Assembly: GCA_031835245.2 (NCBI GenBank)
Contig: JAVKOQ020000001.1
Coordinates: forward strand, 682,001-746,000
Length of the DNA: 64,000 nt
Origin: Balamuthia mandrillaris
Lineage: Eukaryota
Direction: 5' to 3'
In this document: positions 11,664-25,227 of the stretch, in pieces
Numbering within the stretch: position 1 is the stretch's first letter
Layout of the letters: the number at the start of each line of letters is the position of its first letter
Position numbers and translations under genes: made by a program
Notes under the pieces: model-generated
What the model saw: the letters and a program-made list of their open reading frames with translations, nothing else
What the model was told of the DNA's origin: nothing
Database searches by the model: none

Positions 11664-14600
11664 TCAACAAAGAAGACATTTATCCTTATTGTTGCTGTTG
11701 GAAGAAGAAGAAGAAGAGCCGCTTGGCGCACCGCCTCCCCTAATCCTGTCAATGTCCTGCTTCAAGTCCTCTCGCAGAGATATAAACGTCTGCGTGTGTT
11801 GCACCTCCTCAAACCTGTGCAAGATAAAGTATCGACAAAACTCACGCAGCTGTTGGGCATCGTGGCGGTCGGCCAGCTCGTACACCCAACTGACGTTCTC
11901 CACATCCACCCCACGCTCGATCTCCGATTCGCACATGTCCCTCAGTCGTTCCAGTCTGTATTCGTTGGCCACCACCAACAGCTCCATCAATGCATCAGCC
12001 TCTGGGTCTTCTTTTTCCTCTTCTGCTGCTTTATCTCCTTCTTGGCCTTCTTGTTTTTTTTGGCTTTCCAAGTCGGAGGCAAAGTTCCATTCAATGGAGT
12101 CCAGGTAGATGTATTGAAGGAGCTTCTTGAAGCAAAGAGTGCTCATATCGGAGAGATGGATTTCGTTCTGGCTGCTCTCCACAAAGTTACCGAGTAACAT
12201 GGCATGAAAGGCAGGACACCTTCCTGCCATTATCACTTTATGTGCATGAATAACGGTCCGTCTGGTTGTTGCTTCTTTCTTGTCTTCCTTTTCTTTTTCT
12301 TCGTCGTCATCTTCATGTTTGTCGTCGTTTGAGGAATTGTTCTCGTCAAAGACAAAGCTTATGTCGCTGAACTTCGGGTTGAAGAGGTATTGGCGTAGCC
12401 CTTTGCCTAAAGTTGGTGGATAAACGATGGAAGGCGCTTGCTCGAAGACGTGACACCCTTTAAACGTCAGAGGATTAGTGCCAAACAAAAAAAAAATGAA
12501 TCAGGAACGAGAGAAGCTTAATACATACGGGCTTGAAGATCAACCAAACCAAACTCTTCAGCAAGGATCAATATTTCTCCAACGTTTTCATCACGCAGTT
12601 TGATATCATCCACATAAAGATATTTGACTATCTGCTCGAATACATGGTAAGGTATCCTCTCCTCTACACGAATTCGAGTTTTGTTGTTGGAGGATTCTCC
12701 ATTCTCATCGTCTTCTTTCTCGTTCTCGTTCTCTTTCTCTTTCTCTTTCTCTTTGCCTTTACTTTTGCTTTTCTTACTCTTCTTTGCTTTGGCTTTGTTT
12801 TGCTTCATCAGATCCCGAAGAGCTTTAGTCCGTCCTACGATAACTCGATGAGCGTAGAGCAAACGATCTTCTGCAAATTCAAAGACAACATCGCTAAGTT
12901 CTGCGTTGTTGAAGTACTTTTGTAGGTCTTGGCCTAATGTGCTTTCTCTTACACTGATGATTGGTTTGAAACCTACAAACAGCTATAAGAAAAAGTATAC
13001 ATTTAAATAGTGAAAGAAGAGCAGAGAGGTTACTAGTTGCACAAAGAGAATGGCGTCCCGAAGCAGCGATTTTGGTAACAAAGTGATCTTTGGGGCCGGT
13101 TCGAGCAGGTGCAGCGGCAGTGGTGGTAGATTTGCCAAGCCCCAACTGGCCATAGTCGTTGAGACCCCAGCTGTAAAGCTGGCCTTGGTTGGTCAGAGCC
13201 AACGTGTGATATTCTCCGCATTTCACGGAGATGACTCGCTTCTTGAACAGGAGGCCTTTTACGCGCTGAGGCTTTTGGCGTTCCTCCTTTGACTCTGTTG
13301 TTGATTGAGAGAGAGAGAGAGAGAGAGAGAGAAATGAAGGTGAAAAAGAGAAGAAATTTGTGAAGGTGAAAAAGGAAGAGAAGAACGTAAAACGTTGAAC
13401 AAACCTGCTATCATCAGCATTTCCGCACCGGAGCCATAGCCCAGCTGTTATTACCAATTTAGAAGGATGGAAAAAACAAGAGAGCGAGAGAGAGCGAGCC
13501 TAACCTGGCCATAAGTAGACGAGCCCCAAGTATACACCTCCCCAACGTCCGTGACAGCAACAGTATGTGTCCTACCACACGCTAAATCCACCACATTCTT
13601 GCCTAAAAGCGCAGCCACTGGTTTGGTTGGCTTCCACACACAGTCCACCTCCATTTGTGCGCCATCATTCGAGCTTGAACCTTCCTCTTCTTCGTTTTTC
13701 CCTTCGCGCTTGTCCTCCTCGTCCTCATCCTCTTTCTCTTTCTGTTTCTCTTTTTCTTTCACTTTCACACCGTCTTTTCCACCACCACTCTTTGTCTGCT
13801 TCTTCTTTTTCTTCTGCTTTTTCTCCTTCTTGTCTTTTCCATCCTTATCATCACTGCGGATGCCGAGTTCGTTGTTGCCATTGAATCCCCACATGAACAC
13901 CTCACCATTGCCATCGAGCCCAACCGCTATCGCGCCCGAGTGCACAAACCCGCAAGCCACAGCCACCACCCTTTTCCTGACAAAATGCTTCGAAGAGAGC
14001 TGCTGCGGGACGGTCACCACCGCTGCTTTCCTTATCGCAGCAGCGGCAGCAAACGTTGAAGCAAAGGAAGAGGCGGAAGGAGGCCCAAGTCCCAATTGAC
14101 CAACGTCGTTGAGGCCAAAGGCAAAGAGCTCGCCTCTATCTCCAACCACGAGCGTATGGGCAGCACCGAGGGCACAGCTTGTCGCCCGGATGCCGCTCAA
14201 CCCTTCCACTTTGGCGGGGAAGAGTTGGTCTTGAGTGTCGCCATGGCCCAGCTGCCCGTTGCTTCCTCTGCCCCACGTGTACACCTCCCCCGTCGCTTTG
14301 CATGCATGTTGCTTTAGTTAAAACAGCACACGAAGAACACAAGAAGAAGAAGAAGAAGAAGAAGAAGAAGAAGAAGAAGAAGAAGAAGAAGAAGAAGAAG
14401 AAGAAGAAGAAAGAAGCAGAAGAAGAAGAACAGAAGAAGCAGAAGAAGAAGAAGAAGAAGAAGAAGAAGAAGAAAAGAAGAAGAAGAAGAAGAAGAAGAA
14501 GAAGAAGAAGAAGAAGAAAGAAGAAGAAGAAGAAGAAGAAGAAGAAGAAGAAGAAGAAGAAGAAGAAGAAGAACAAGAACAAGAACAAGAACCAGAAGAA

Positions 14601-15160
14601 CAAGAGGAGGAGGAAAAGAAGAAGAAGAAGAAGAAGAACAAGAAGTATGTACACGAGATGACTGCTGTGTGATAGTGACCGCAGCACACATGCGTTACAC
14701 GTATTTTCTGTAACGGTAAAAACAAAGTCAAATCAGCAACAAATCAAAACAAAGAAGCGAAGCAAAAGACAAGAAAAGGACCGTAAAGAAGTGATTCTGA
14801 GACAGGATATAAGTATCCGCCCCATGACCAAGGCCCAGCCGTCCATACTTGCCATTACCGACAACATGAACTGTCCCCGTATCTGTATCGAATCCCCGCT
14901 GTTAGCAACATCTTGAAGATGAGGATGAAGGAACAACCCATCGACTTTTTCTGGATGCAGAGAATGGGGTACGAACCGGTGAGCAGCACCATGTGTCCAA
15001 GCCCAACCGCCACTTGGACGACCTTCAGCCCAGACCAATGGAGAGGCACCGGGCGGTGTTTGGGCGGCAACTTTGCCCCGCTGCTCCTTTCAGCGCTCCA
15101 CCCCCACCCCCAAGCTTTTTGCTCTCTATTATACCCCTCCCGCAACGCAGTCGCAGCCAT
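11664..15160 (-). CDS. RCC1-repeat and tandem BTB/POZ domain protein (RCBTB-like), multi-exon
   Basis: Multiple RCC1 repeats (VYTWGRGSNGQLGHG, CGEYHTLALT..LYSWGLNDYGQLGLG) followed by two BTB domains (YAHRVIV..YLYVD; FSDISF..HAHKVIMAGRCPAFHAML). Ends in CLLC*. Confidence 0.9.
14333..14643. repeat. ~310-bp (GAA)n microsatellite in RCC1-BTB intron
   Basis: Visible repeat; (TTC)n on the sense strand. Confidence 0.95.
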
Positions 15161-15318
15161 CTACTTCTTCTCTTTCTTTCAATCGAAACAAAAGAGTTTT
15201 TTTTTTGGGTCTATTGTTTTGGTGCACTGAAGGAACGAAGAGCGGATCTTGAAGTGAAGAAAGATGAACAAGGAACGAATCCTTTTTTCAAGAAACAAAA
15301 AACAACAAAGGGTGGTAT

Positions 15319-18300
15319 CTAACTGACGCTTACATCAACAACGGTCGTTTTGCGTTGACGTCTTGCCCCTTTTCTTGCTTGCTTGGGTCTTGCGTCTGTT
15401 TCGGCGCCGGCTGTGGTTTGTCGTGGGTGCCTTTTCTTCCGCTGTCTGCTTGAGGTGTGGTGGTTGCTGTTTTGCTGCCCCTCTTTTTCTCTGTTTCGAT
15501 GGTGGTTTTGCTCCTTCTGTTGCTGCTGCTGCTGTTGTTGTTGTTGTCTGTGTTCTCCTTTCGTTGCTATTTTCTTATTATGTCGTGTTCTGGGCGGTGG
15601 TTGTGGTGGTTGCTCTTCTTTCGGCTCCTCGCTTCCTGCATTCGTGGCGTACTCCTCCGATGGAAGAATGGCTTTTTGCGCATGCGACGACGAAGAAGAA
15701 GAGGAGGCAGCAGAAGGGGAGTGGTCATGTGGGCGAGAACTAAGGCGTGTCCATTGTGGTTCATGAGGTTGTTGTTGTAGTGTTTGTGCTGTTTGGTTTG
15801 GCGAAGAAGGTGGCGAAGGGAACAAAATAGAGGAAGAATCGCGGTAGGCCTGTCTCAGCTGGCTGAAAAGTTTTGCGGAGGTAAGGCGGGAGGCAACCGC
15901 CTTGAACGTCCTCAAGTTGGGTGCTCTGCCAGTTTCGCTGACCATTTTCGCAAAGACCATGGAACCAAGCCTTACCACCTCCTCCTCCGTGGCATCACCT
16001 GTCGCATATCCTTCCAGCATTGCGTGAAAATTATGCTCTATCTCTTCATTCGTTGTAGAAGGAGTCCTGCCCGTCATCAGTTGAAGCAGCGCTTGCAGGC
16101 CCTCTTCAGGAGAGCGAAAGGACCTTCCGATGGCTCTGGCGAGTTCAAGAAGGGTTTGCTGCTCCACAACAAGGCCGTGGTGCCTAATGAGATCTATCAC
16201 GTGTTGTGCCTGTTGCGGATCTTTGGCATGGCCACAAGCGCGAAGCAGGGCGTGAAAGGTGGAGAGAGAGGGTTTCTCCCGTTTCTTTATTTTCTTGGCC
16301 AGCAGTTTGTTGAAGAGGGAGAAGGCTTCGTGCAATAGTTGGGACTTGCCAAAGCCTTCTATCATGACCTCGTAGACGACGTCTGTGGAAGACGTCCCTT
16401 CTTCGTTGTTTTGTGATGATGAGAAGATGTTGGGATCCTTTTCAAACATGTCCAGTATTTTTTGGGCCTGCTGCCAGTTATTGTCATTCACGCAGGATTG
16501 CATGATGTGGTAGTAGGTGCTCACATCCAAGGTAAAGCCTTTGGTGATTATCATTTTGAAGAGAGCGATGGCTTGTGGCACAGCGTTCATCTCTGTCAAT
16601 GCTTCTAGCAGTCCATCAAAGCAGGCTGAGCTGACAGGCATGCCAGCCAGCTCAGCCTGGCGGATAGCGCTAAAGAGGTACTGCTTCTTCGACCCACAGC
16701 TGCGCAGGACAAGGCGGAGGGTGGCGGGGTCCTTGGCCGACTCCATGTGGTAGAGGTTGGAGGTAAAGGCGTAGTAGAGGAGTAGATCCTCGTTGGCTGC
16801 CTTGCCGACCTCGTAGAGCGCCTTCCATGTTTCTACGTTGGGCGTCACTTTGCTGCGGCTCATCATGTCGCGATGAAAGGCGCGAAGAGCTGTCGCTGGT
16901 TGGTGCTTGTTGGCCAGGATGAAGGCATTCCACAACGAAACGTCATCAAACAGCTGCTGCTGATGTGTTCTGGCGATGTATTGTTGGAGTAGTTGGATCG
17001 CGTTCTTGGCCCCAACAGGGTGATGGGAAGCAAGCTCCAACAGTTGGCACCACGTGTCGGCACTGAGACGAAGCGAAGGAGAGCATGACTGCAACAGTTT
17101 ATCTATTCCCCAAACTGCCTTGGACGATTGCCGCATGTCATTGCATGCTGCCAAGAAGTGGTGCAGTATTTCAGGCGGTACTTCGGTTGCTCCTTGGAAC
17201 TGGATTTTTAGGCAATTGATGGCTGTTGTGAACATTCCCGCGCTGCAGAGAGTCATGAAATCAGTAACCTTGTTCCGTTCTCCGTTTTGTTCCTCATCTT
17301 TATCTTTGTCTCCAAGTTCATCTCCCTCTTCTCTTCCTGCTTTGGTTTGTGTTTTTGGAGTGTTTCGCAGAATGTTTCTTGCCGTGGCAACATATTGGCT
17401 GGTTTCTTTGTTGTGCGGTACGTTGGCTGCTGCCATTCTGCTCAACGCTTCCTGCATCCGTTTGCTCTTCTTATTGCAGACGCTAAGAAGAAGGTTGAAG
17501 GTGGTAGTGTCGGGTGTGACATTGAACTTGTGGAGTGAATCCAATGCCTCGAAGGCTTTGTCCACTGCTCCGGACCGCTCACATGCCCTCATGAAGTAGT
17601 TGAAGTGGTCTACACTAATAGTAAGGCCGGCTGCCGACATCGTTTCGAGCTGCTTAAAGGCCATCTCTGGCTGGCCATGCGAGGCGTAAGCTCTTAACAG
17701 AATGTGAAAGGTATCATCGTTGGCGGGGATGTCCTCCTCCTGCATCATCTGCAACAGGTTGTTTCTCATGTCCTCTGTATCCGCTCCCGAGAGCAAAGCG
17801 TTGTAGATGTAGACGGTGAGAGGTTGGGAGGCCTTGCGCATCATTTCCAACACCTCCATTGCTTTCTCGGGCTGGTCAGTGTTAATGCAAGCCTCGATGA
17901 GAACGATAAAGGTGTGGTGTGTGGGAAGGACACCCCAGTGTGTCTGCATGAGGTCCACCACAGCGAAGGCTTGGCCCAACTGCCTAATTTTGCCCAAAGC
18001 CCTGATGATCTTGTTGAACGCACTGGCAGCCAGAGGAGGGGTCATTTGCTGGAGGGCGGCGTACGCTTGCTCAACCTGGCCCGTCTCGCCATAGAGATTA
18101 AGGAGTTGATACAACGTATCCTTGTTGGGGAGGATGTCCATCGCCTTCATGCGATCCAAAACCTGCTGAGCCTCGGCCAGGCGACCTTGTTTGGCACAAA
18201 TGGAGAGTACGATGTTGAAGCTGTTGCTATCAGGCAAAGTGGCCGGAGTCTGTTCCATCTGTGACAGCACGGCAAAGCTTTCGTCCAGGGCTTGTTTGGA

Positions 18301-19009
18301 TTGGCAAGCATAAAGAAGCTGGTCGTATAAGCACTTGTCCGGCTGTAGGCCCATCTTTCGAGCTAAGTCTGGCACCATGAACGCTTTGTCGAGCTTGTTC
18401 GCAGCGGCGCAGAGGCTGACCAGCTTGCAAAAGGGTTTCGTGTCGCGTACATTCATGCCGATCTCATGCACCCTGTTCATGACCACAAACCCTGCCTCTG
18501 CCTTGTTCTGGAGACAGAGGGCTTGCACGAAGAAGTTAAAGGAGCCGAGGTGCAACCCGTGGTTGTGCTGCTTCATGTTCTTCAGCATGGAGAAAAAATG
18601 GGGAATTGACATGCCTCTGTGTGTTGGATGAGGTGCTCTTCTTGTTTGCATGGGCTGCTGTTGTTGCGGTTGTTTGGGCAGTGCTATGTTAGGTTCTCCA
18701 TGACCTGTGGTCCTTTGTAAAAGCGGTGTGCTTGTATGGTAGGAGCTACGACCAGCATGCCGAGAAGGAAGGGCAGAAGAGGGTGGCTGAAGAAATGGTG
18801 GATGAGAGCGTTGCAAACGAGACAAAACAGAACTGGAACTGCCGCCACCTGCCAGCCCGAGAACAGAAGTATTCAGTATTGAGGCACGTTATTTGAGGAA
18901 GAGAGAAACAGCGTTCACCTTGCAGGCTTGGCCGCACAAGCAGCAAGTGGCGTTGCCGAGGCATCAAAGCGTAGCGGTTGAACCGCTCCAAGGCTGCCAC
19001 GCTGTGCAT
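15319..19009 (-). CDS. Large P-class pentatricopeptide repeat (PPR) protein, probably mitochondrial
   Basis: Many ~35-aa repeats (e.g. PDSNSFNIVLSICAKQGRLAEAQQVLDRMKAMDILP). A short first exon (ATG 19009, MHSVAALERF...) splices in frame (caa g|gt...cag|gt ggc) to the 1168-codon ORF. Confidence 0.92.
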
Positions 19010-19268
19010 GTTTAAGAAAAAACCCTTCCTCCTGCGTCTCTTGTGCCGCTTCCAAAGGACCCTGCTTCGAGGGGGACACAGAGCCGAAGCGCGTCACAGA
19101 GAGATTCCCCCACAAAAAAAAAAAAAGGTAGCGACAGGCAAGGCCCTCGTCTCTTCTCTCGTTGCTTTCTTTTCTTTTCTTTTCTTTTTTTTGTTTGAGG
19201 GCTTTTTTGTCGACAGGGAGAATAGGCGATATATATATACAGCTACAATGCTTGTGTGCAAGGGAAGG

Positions 19269-20120
19269 CTAAAAAGGTATGACGTAACGGAAAGTGAGGT
19301 TCAGGCGTGGTCCTGTGAAGCGTGCGTGCGGAGGAGGGGAGTTGGCATGAGCCTGGTCCTCTGGGGCTGAGGCTCCGTCCCTTGCATCTTCGTCATCCAC
19401 CTGTTTGAGCTCGTTCCGTTGATACGCAGTCTCCTCCTTTCCGTCCTCTCGGTTGGTAGCTTCCTCCTTCTCCGCCTCTTCCTTTTCTTCCTTCTCGTCC
19501 TGGCAAGGGGGTATGCAGTGTATGTGCGTGCTGTTGATGCCAGGCCCCATCAACAGAGCTGAATTAGGCGGCAAGCTGATATAATAAACAGGATTGTTGG
19601 GTTCAAAGTCGGTCCCTGCTCCGCCGGTGCTCATGGCCTGCAAGTAAAACATTCTCGCAGCGCCCAACGAAATGGAAAAGATCCAGTCGGCGATCGGTTC
19701 TGGTACGTCTTGATGCCAACGCGCGTTGGCCAGAGGAGAGCTGTACCAATTGGCGAGCACATAGTTGGGTTGTCGTGGAACAAAGCCGACGGGAAGCCAT
19801 TCGTCCAGCTGCTGGCTCGCTAGGTCGAAGGCAGCTCTAAGGGTGGGCCATTCTTGAATGGGTTGAATCTTGGCCTCGTAATAGGAGATGCTCTCCAAAC
19901 TTTCGGGAAAAGTGAAGGAAGCCACCATGCGACCAAGTCGAGTGCCGTCCTGCCAAAGTTTCCTCCTCCTGTTTGCCGTGCCCTGTCGCGCTTCGTCGAC
20001 GAGACTCCGAGCCACCTCCGCTGGCAAGAAGTTCTCTCGGTAGCGCAATGCAGTTCCCCAAAGAGGGTGCTCCTGGATAGGGATGTAACGCACAGACCCT
20101 TGCTGCTGCTCCTCCTCCAT
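19269..20120 (-). CDS. AlkB-family 2OG-Fe(II) dioxygenase (ALKBH2/3-like), intronless
   Basis: YRENFLP, PNYVLANWY..WHQD (HxD), IFSISLGAARMF, HIHCIP and RLNLTFR. Confidence 0.9.
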   Translation of the reverse strand: MEEEQQQGSVRYIPIQEHPLWGTALRYRENFLPAEVARSLVDEARQGTANRRRKLWQDGTRLGRMVASFTFPESLESISYYEAKIQPIQEWPTLRAAFDLASQQLDEWLPVGFVPRQPNYVLANWYSSPLANARWHQDVPEPIADWIFSISLGAARMFYLQAMSTGGAGTDFEPNNPVYYISLPPNSALLMGPGINSTHIHCIPPCQDEKEEKEEAEKEEATNREDGKEETAYQRNELKQVDDEDARDGASAPEDQAHANSPPPHARFTGPRLNLTFRYVIPF

Positions 20121-20524
20121 TCTTCAGTTTCTGTTTGTGTGGTCATATTTTTTGGCGCCAAAACCATACGAAACGCGTCGGTTCGACTCTAGATGGCGGT
20201 CGTGCTATGTATTTCTTTTTCTTGTCAGCTATCGTCAGTTCGACTCCGAATGTCTGCAGTGTTTTTTACTTAAAAATAATGAGGGAGAAGAGAGATGACG
20301 AGCTCGTTTCTTTCGTTGCCGCTGGAGGTTCTGTGCCACGTCGCAGAGTTTTTGGACGCCCCAGAGTTGTTCTCTCTGTCCGCTGTTTGTCGTCACTTGC
20401 GTAGTGTCGCAGAGGTGAAGTGTGAGCGTTGATCTCTATTTTTTTAAAAACTTCTTTTTGATGATATATTTTTAGTATTCACAAAAGTGGAAGAAAGCAA
20501 CCTTGTTTCGTTTCTTTCCCAACA

Positions 20525-20613
20525 ATGCAAGAGAACAAAGGGTCCTTCTTTCCAGGACGACCACCACTGATTGGCAAACCGTCTACAAGGCTTTTAGTTT
20601 CGTATTCTCCCGT

Positions 20614-20646
<33 letters not shown>

Positions 20647-21559
20647 GCTTCTCTTCTCTCTCTGCTTCTCTCTCACAAACACTCCACTCACTCTCTTTAA
20701 CAAAACAAAAGCAACTACAGTACGTTGGAGCACAACAAATAAACATCCAGAGCTGGACCTTCTCTCGGATGGGCTAGCAGCCACAGTGATGGCCACCGCT
20801 CCTATCAACGACGACAACATCTCCGAGTTTGGGAAGGACAGGTGCGTGGAGGCTGACCTTGAGCTGTGTCCGGTGGATGAGGAGGGGAAGCTGCTGCCAC
20901 CGCAATACTTTGAGGTGAAACATTATTGTGACGAGAACTGTTTCTTCCATGTGCTGTTTGGCATTTGCAATGCTGAAAACAAGACACCGTTCACTGAGAT
21001 GACCATGTGGGAAAGGTTTCGCCTCCTTCCTTCTTTCGTGTGCTTCAATTTCTTATTGTTATCTTCCTCTTTGTTCTTTGTTAGTCCGCATTGTTACGCC
21101 TATGCTGCGAGTGGTATATTCTTCGGACCATCCTCTTATACAGAGGATAGGGGAGACGAAGAGGCGCAGGAAGAAGACGAAGAATATCTGCTTGAAGGAT
21201 TCGAAGACGGCGACACAGTGGGCGTTCTTTTCTTTCCTCTCTACATAGAAGACGAACGAGCAGATGGCTGCCCAATTCAACAAAACCAGAAGGCAAGTAG
21301 TGACGAAAAAGAAAAGGAAGCGCCAACAAAGGAGCTTCAGGGAGGATCACAAAACGACTTTGCGTTCTTGCGGCGATGTGTCAGCAACTTCGCGTTCTTT
21401 GTGAATGGATCGATGACAAGCACCATTCGACAAGTGAGAGGCAAGTGGCGTCCATGCGTCAACATTTATCACCCTTTGCAGCAGATGGTCATTGTACCTC
21501 GTCCCAAAATCCCAAATGAGGTGCTACCTGCGTTCGCTTCTCCTTCCGAATGCACATAA
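20525..21559 (+). CDS. SPRY/B30.2 domain protein
   Basis: LDLLSDGLAATV, YFEVK, VLFGIC, YAYAASG, FEDGDTVGVL, FFVNG and WRPCVNI. Two stop-free low-complexity stretches in the ORF are probably introns. Confidence 0.75.
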
Positions 21560-21642
21560 CTACATGTACTGGGAGAATGGAAAGAAAGCCGGCACGATGT
21601 TTATTTATTATTTTTTTGACCTTTTCTAGTGATTGTCCGGAC

Positions 21643-23239
<1,597 letters not shown>

Positions 23240-23620
23240 GCTTGGCTGTTATCACTTTCGTTCTTTTTTTCAACTGTAAGGTGAATGAGCGCGAGGGACC
23301 TTTTGCTGCTTTTATTGCCACCCGCCGTTCATTACCTCCCCAAAAAGGGTCATTACCAGCCTGTGGCTTTGCTTGGGCAATAAACGCTTTCTGCTTACCT
23401 TTGGATTCTTTCTTGAAAACCCGTCGGCTTCTTTCCAAGCACTTTCTCCAGCAAGCCAGAAGAAGAAGAGTAAGAAGAAGAAGAACAAGAGAGAGCTTCC
23501 TTTTGGCCACCAGTACAGGCTAACCTTTGGGAAGCTCAACCCTTACCAATCATTGGGTCGACATGAGTATCACCACTTGACCTTTTTTTCCGGGTCGACT
23601 CGAATGAAGGAAACAGCGAC

Positions 23621-24727
23621 ATGCAAGGAGGAGAAGCAAGAACCACAGCCCCTTTGGCGTCGTTGTCATCCCACGTGGACGCTTTGATCAAGGTTGGTGG
23701 GGCCGCTCTTACGCACAAGGATAGGCTGGAAAGCCTCAATGAGGATGGCCTTGCAGCAACGGTAGAACTTGTTCGACGACTGGTGGTGGACAACCAAAAG
23801 AAAGTCATTCTGGTTCATGGTGCGGGAAGCTTTGGCCACTTTCAAGCCTCGTCCTATCGTGTTAGCAGCGGCCTACCACCCAACGACAGTAACACCAAAG
23901 AAAGGCAACAAGAACTGCAAATGGGAATCGCACAAACCAGACGGTCGGTCACGCTGTTGGCCCACAAGGTGGTGACTGCCCTTTGTGAAGGCAACCTTCC
24001 AGCCGTCTGCCTCTCTCCTTTTCCTCTTCTCTACCAATGCCGCAAGCGTCGGTTGCTTCCCTCCGCGGATAACGAGAAGAAAGCGAAAGAAGAACTTCCG
24101 GCAGGCGACCTCCTAGCGTTGCAGAAGCTGCTGAGATTGGGCATGGTTCCTGTGTTGCATGGGGATGTGGTTTTGGACGAGGACCAAGAGGTGGCCATTC
24201 TTGGTGGAGATAGCATCATGCAGCACCTAGCTGTGAGCCTTCGTCCTCGTCGTGTAGTCTTTCTTACAGATGTGGAGGGCGTTCTCTCAGCTCCGCCTCA
24301 TGATGCTCTGTCCATGCTGATCCCTCGCATACTTGTTCGCCAACGTCAAGTTGAAGCAGCCAACGAGTTTGCCGGCGGGGAAGAAGAGGAAGGAGAGTCC
24401 TTCGTGCTGGAGTCGGAAAAGGATGAGGTTAGAGGAGAAGACGAAGAAGAAGAAGGAGAACAAGAAGGCTCGAAGCAGGAGAAGACGAGTTTGACAAAGA
24501 GGATGACGACACAACGGCAGCACGACGTGACGGGAGGCATTTGGAAGAAGGTCAAGTGTTGCGCCGAGATAGCAAGAGCAGGGCTGGACGTGTGGATCGT
24601 GCAGTTGCACAGCACCTCTGCCTTTGAGGCGTGCTCTGGAGGGCAACCCTTTGTCGGCACGCATGTGACGTGCCGCGCTTCCTCTGCCGCCACCCAAGGG
24701 GTGCAGAGCAACCACGATCGGTCATGA
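23621..24727 (+). CDS. IPK: Isopentenyl phosphate kinase (amino-acid kinase superfamily), intronless
   Basis: LIKVGGAALTHK, ILVHGAGSFGH (IPK-diagnostic His), PVLHGDVVLD, ILGGD, FLTDVEGV and DVTGGIWKK. Confidence 0.9.
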   Translation: MQGGEARTTAPLASLSSHVDALIKVGGAALTHKDRLESLNEDGLAATVELVRRLVVDNQKKVILVHGAGSFGHFQASSYRVSSGLPPNDSNTKERQQELQMGIAQTRRSVTLLAHKVVTALCEGNLPAVCLSPFPLLYQCRKRRLLPSADNEKKAKEELPAGDLLALQKLLRLGMVPVLHGDVVLDEDQEVAILGGDSIMQHLAVSLRPRRVVFLTDVEGVLSAPPHDALSMLIPRILVRQRQVEAANEFAGGEEEEGESFVLESEKDEVRGEDEEEEGEQEGSKQEKTSLTKRMTTQRQHDVTGGIWKKVKCCAEIARAGLDVWIVQLHSTSAFEACSGGQPFVGTHVTCRASSAATQGVQSNHDRS

Positions 24728-24876
24728 AGAATAATAATAAAAGGATGAGAGAAGAGGAGGTCTCGCTCTTGTTGCCTGTTGTAGTAGTTACAAGAAAGAA
24801 CCAAAAAAAAACGTATTTTTCTTTTCGTCCCGAGCAGCGTGCGCTACGCTACCCGCGGGTTGGTTGTTGTTTACTT

Positions 24877-25227
24877 TCAGATTTCGGAAACATCAGGAGA
24901 GAGCACGACAGCCTCGGAGATGAGCGTCAGCACGAAGAACAGAACGGGAAAGCACAGAGCGTGGGCGTAGGACAGGCTCCTGCGACACAAAAAGCTGCTG
25001 AGCACGCCAAAGGAGGTGACGGCCATGAAGAACGCGCACCACACCGCAAAGGAGTCGTAGAGGGAGGCCATCAGGAAGAAGGTGAGGGAGGTCAGCGGGG
25101 CCAGGAACAGGCCGTCGTAGGCCCTCTCCAAGGGGTCCTCCCCCCTGCGCAGCAACCCCATCCACACAGCGAACATGACCAAGCCCATGGCAAAGGCCAC
25201 AAAGCCCCGTCCTACCACCGCCCACAT
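24877..25227 (-). CDS. Small multi-pass membrane protein of unknown function (116 aa)
   Basis: ATG-initiated ORF with about four hydrophobic segments, C/G-ending codon bias and AT-rich flanks. Confidence 0.6.
   Translation of the reverse strand: MWAVVGRGFVAFAMGLVMFAVWMGLLRRGEDPLERAYDGLFLAPLTSLTFFLMASLYDSFAVWCAFFMAVTSFGVLSSFLCRRSLSYAHALCFPVLFFVLTLISEAVVLSPDVSEI

Noticed and set aside
14136..14731. Poly-Phe/Lys/Leu/Ser ORFs in the ORF track (also around 22130-22456, 38733-39110 and 61740-62139)
   Set aside because: These are translations of intronic microsatellites, not genes.
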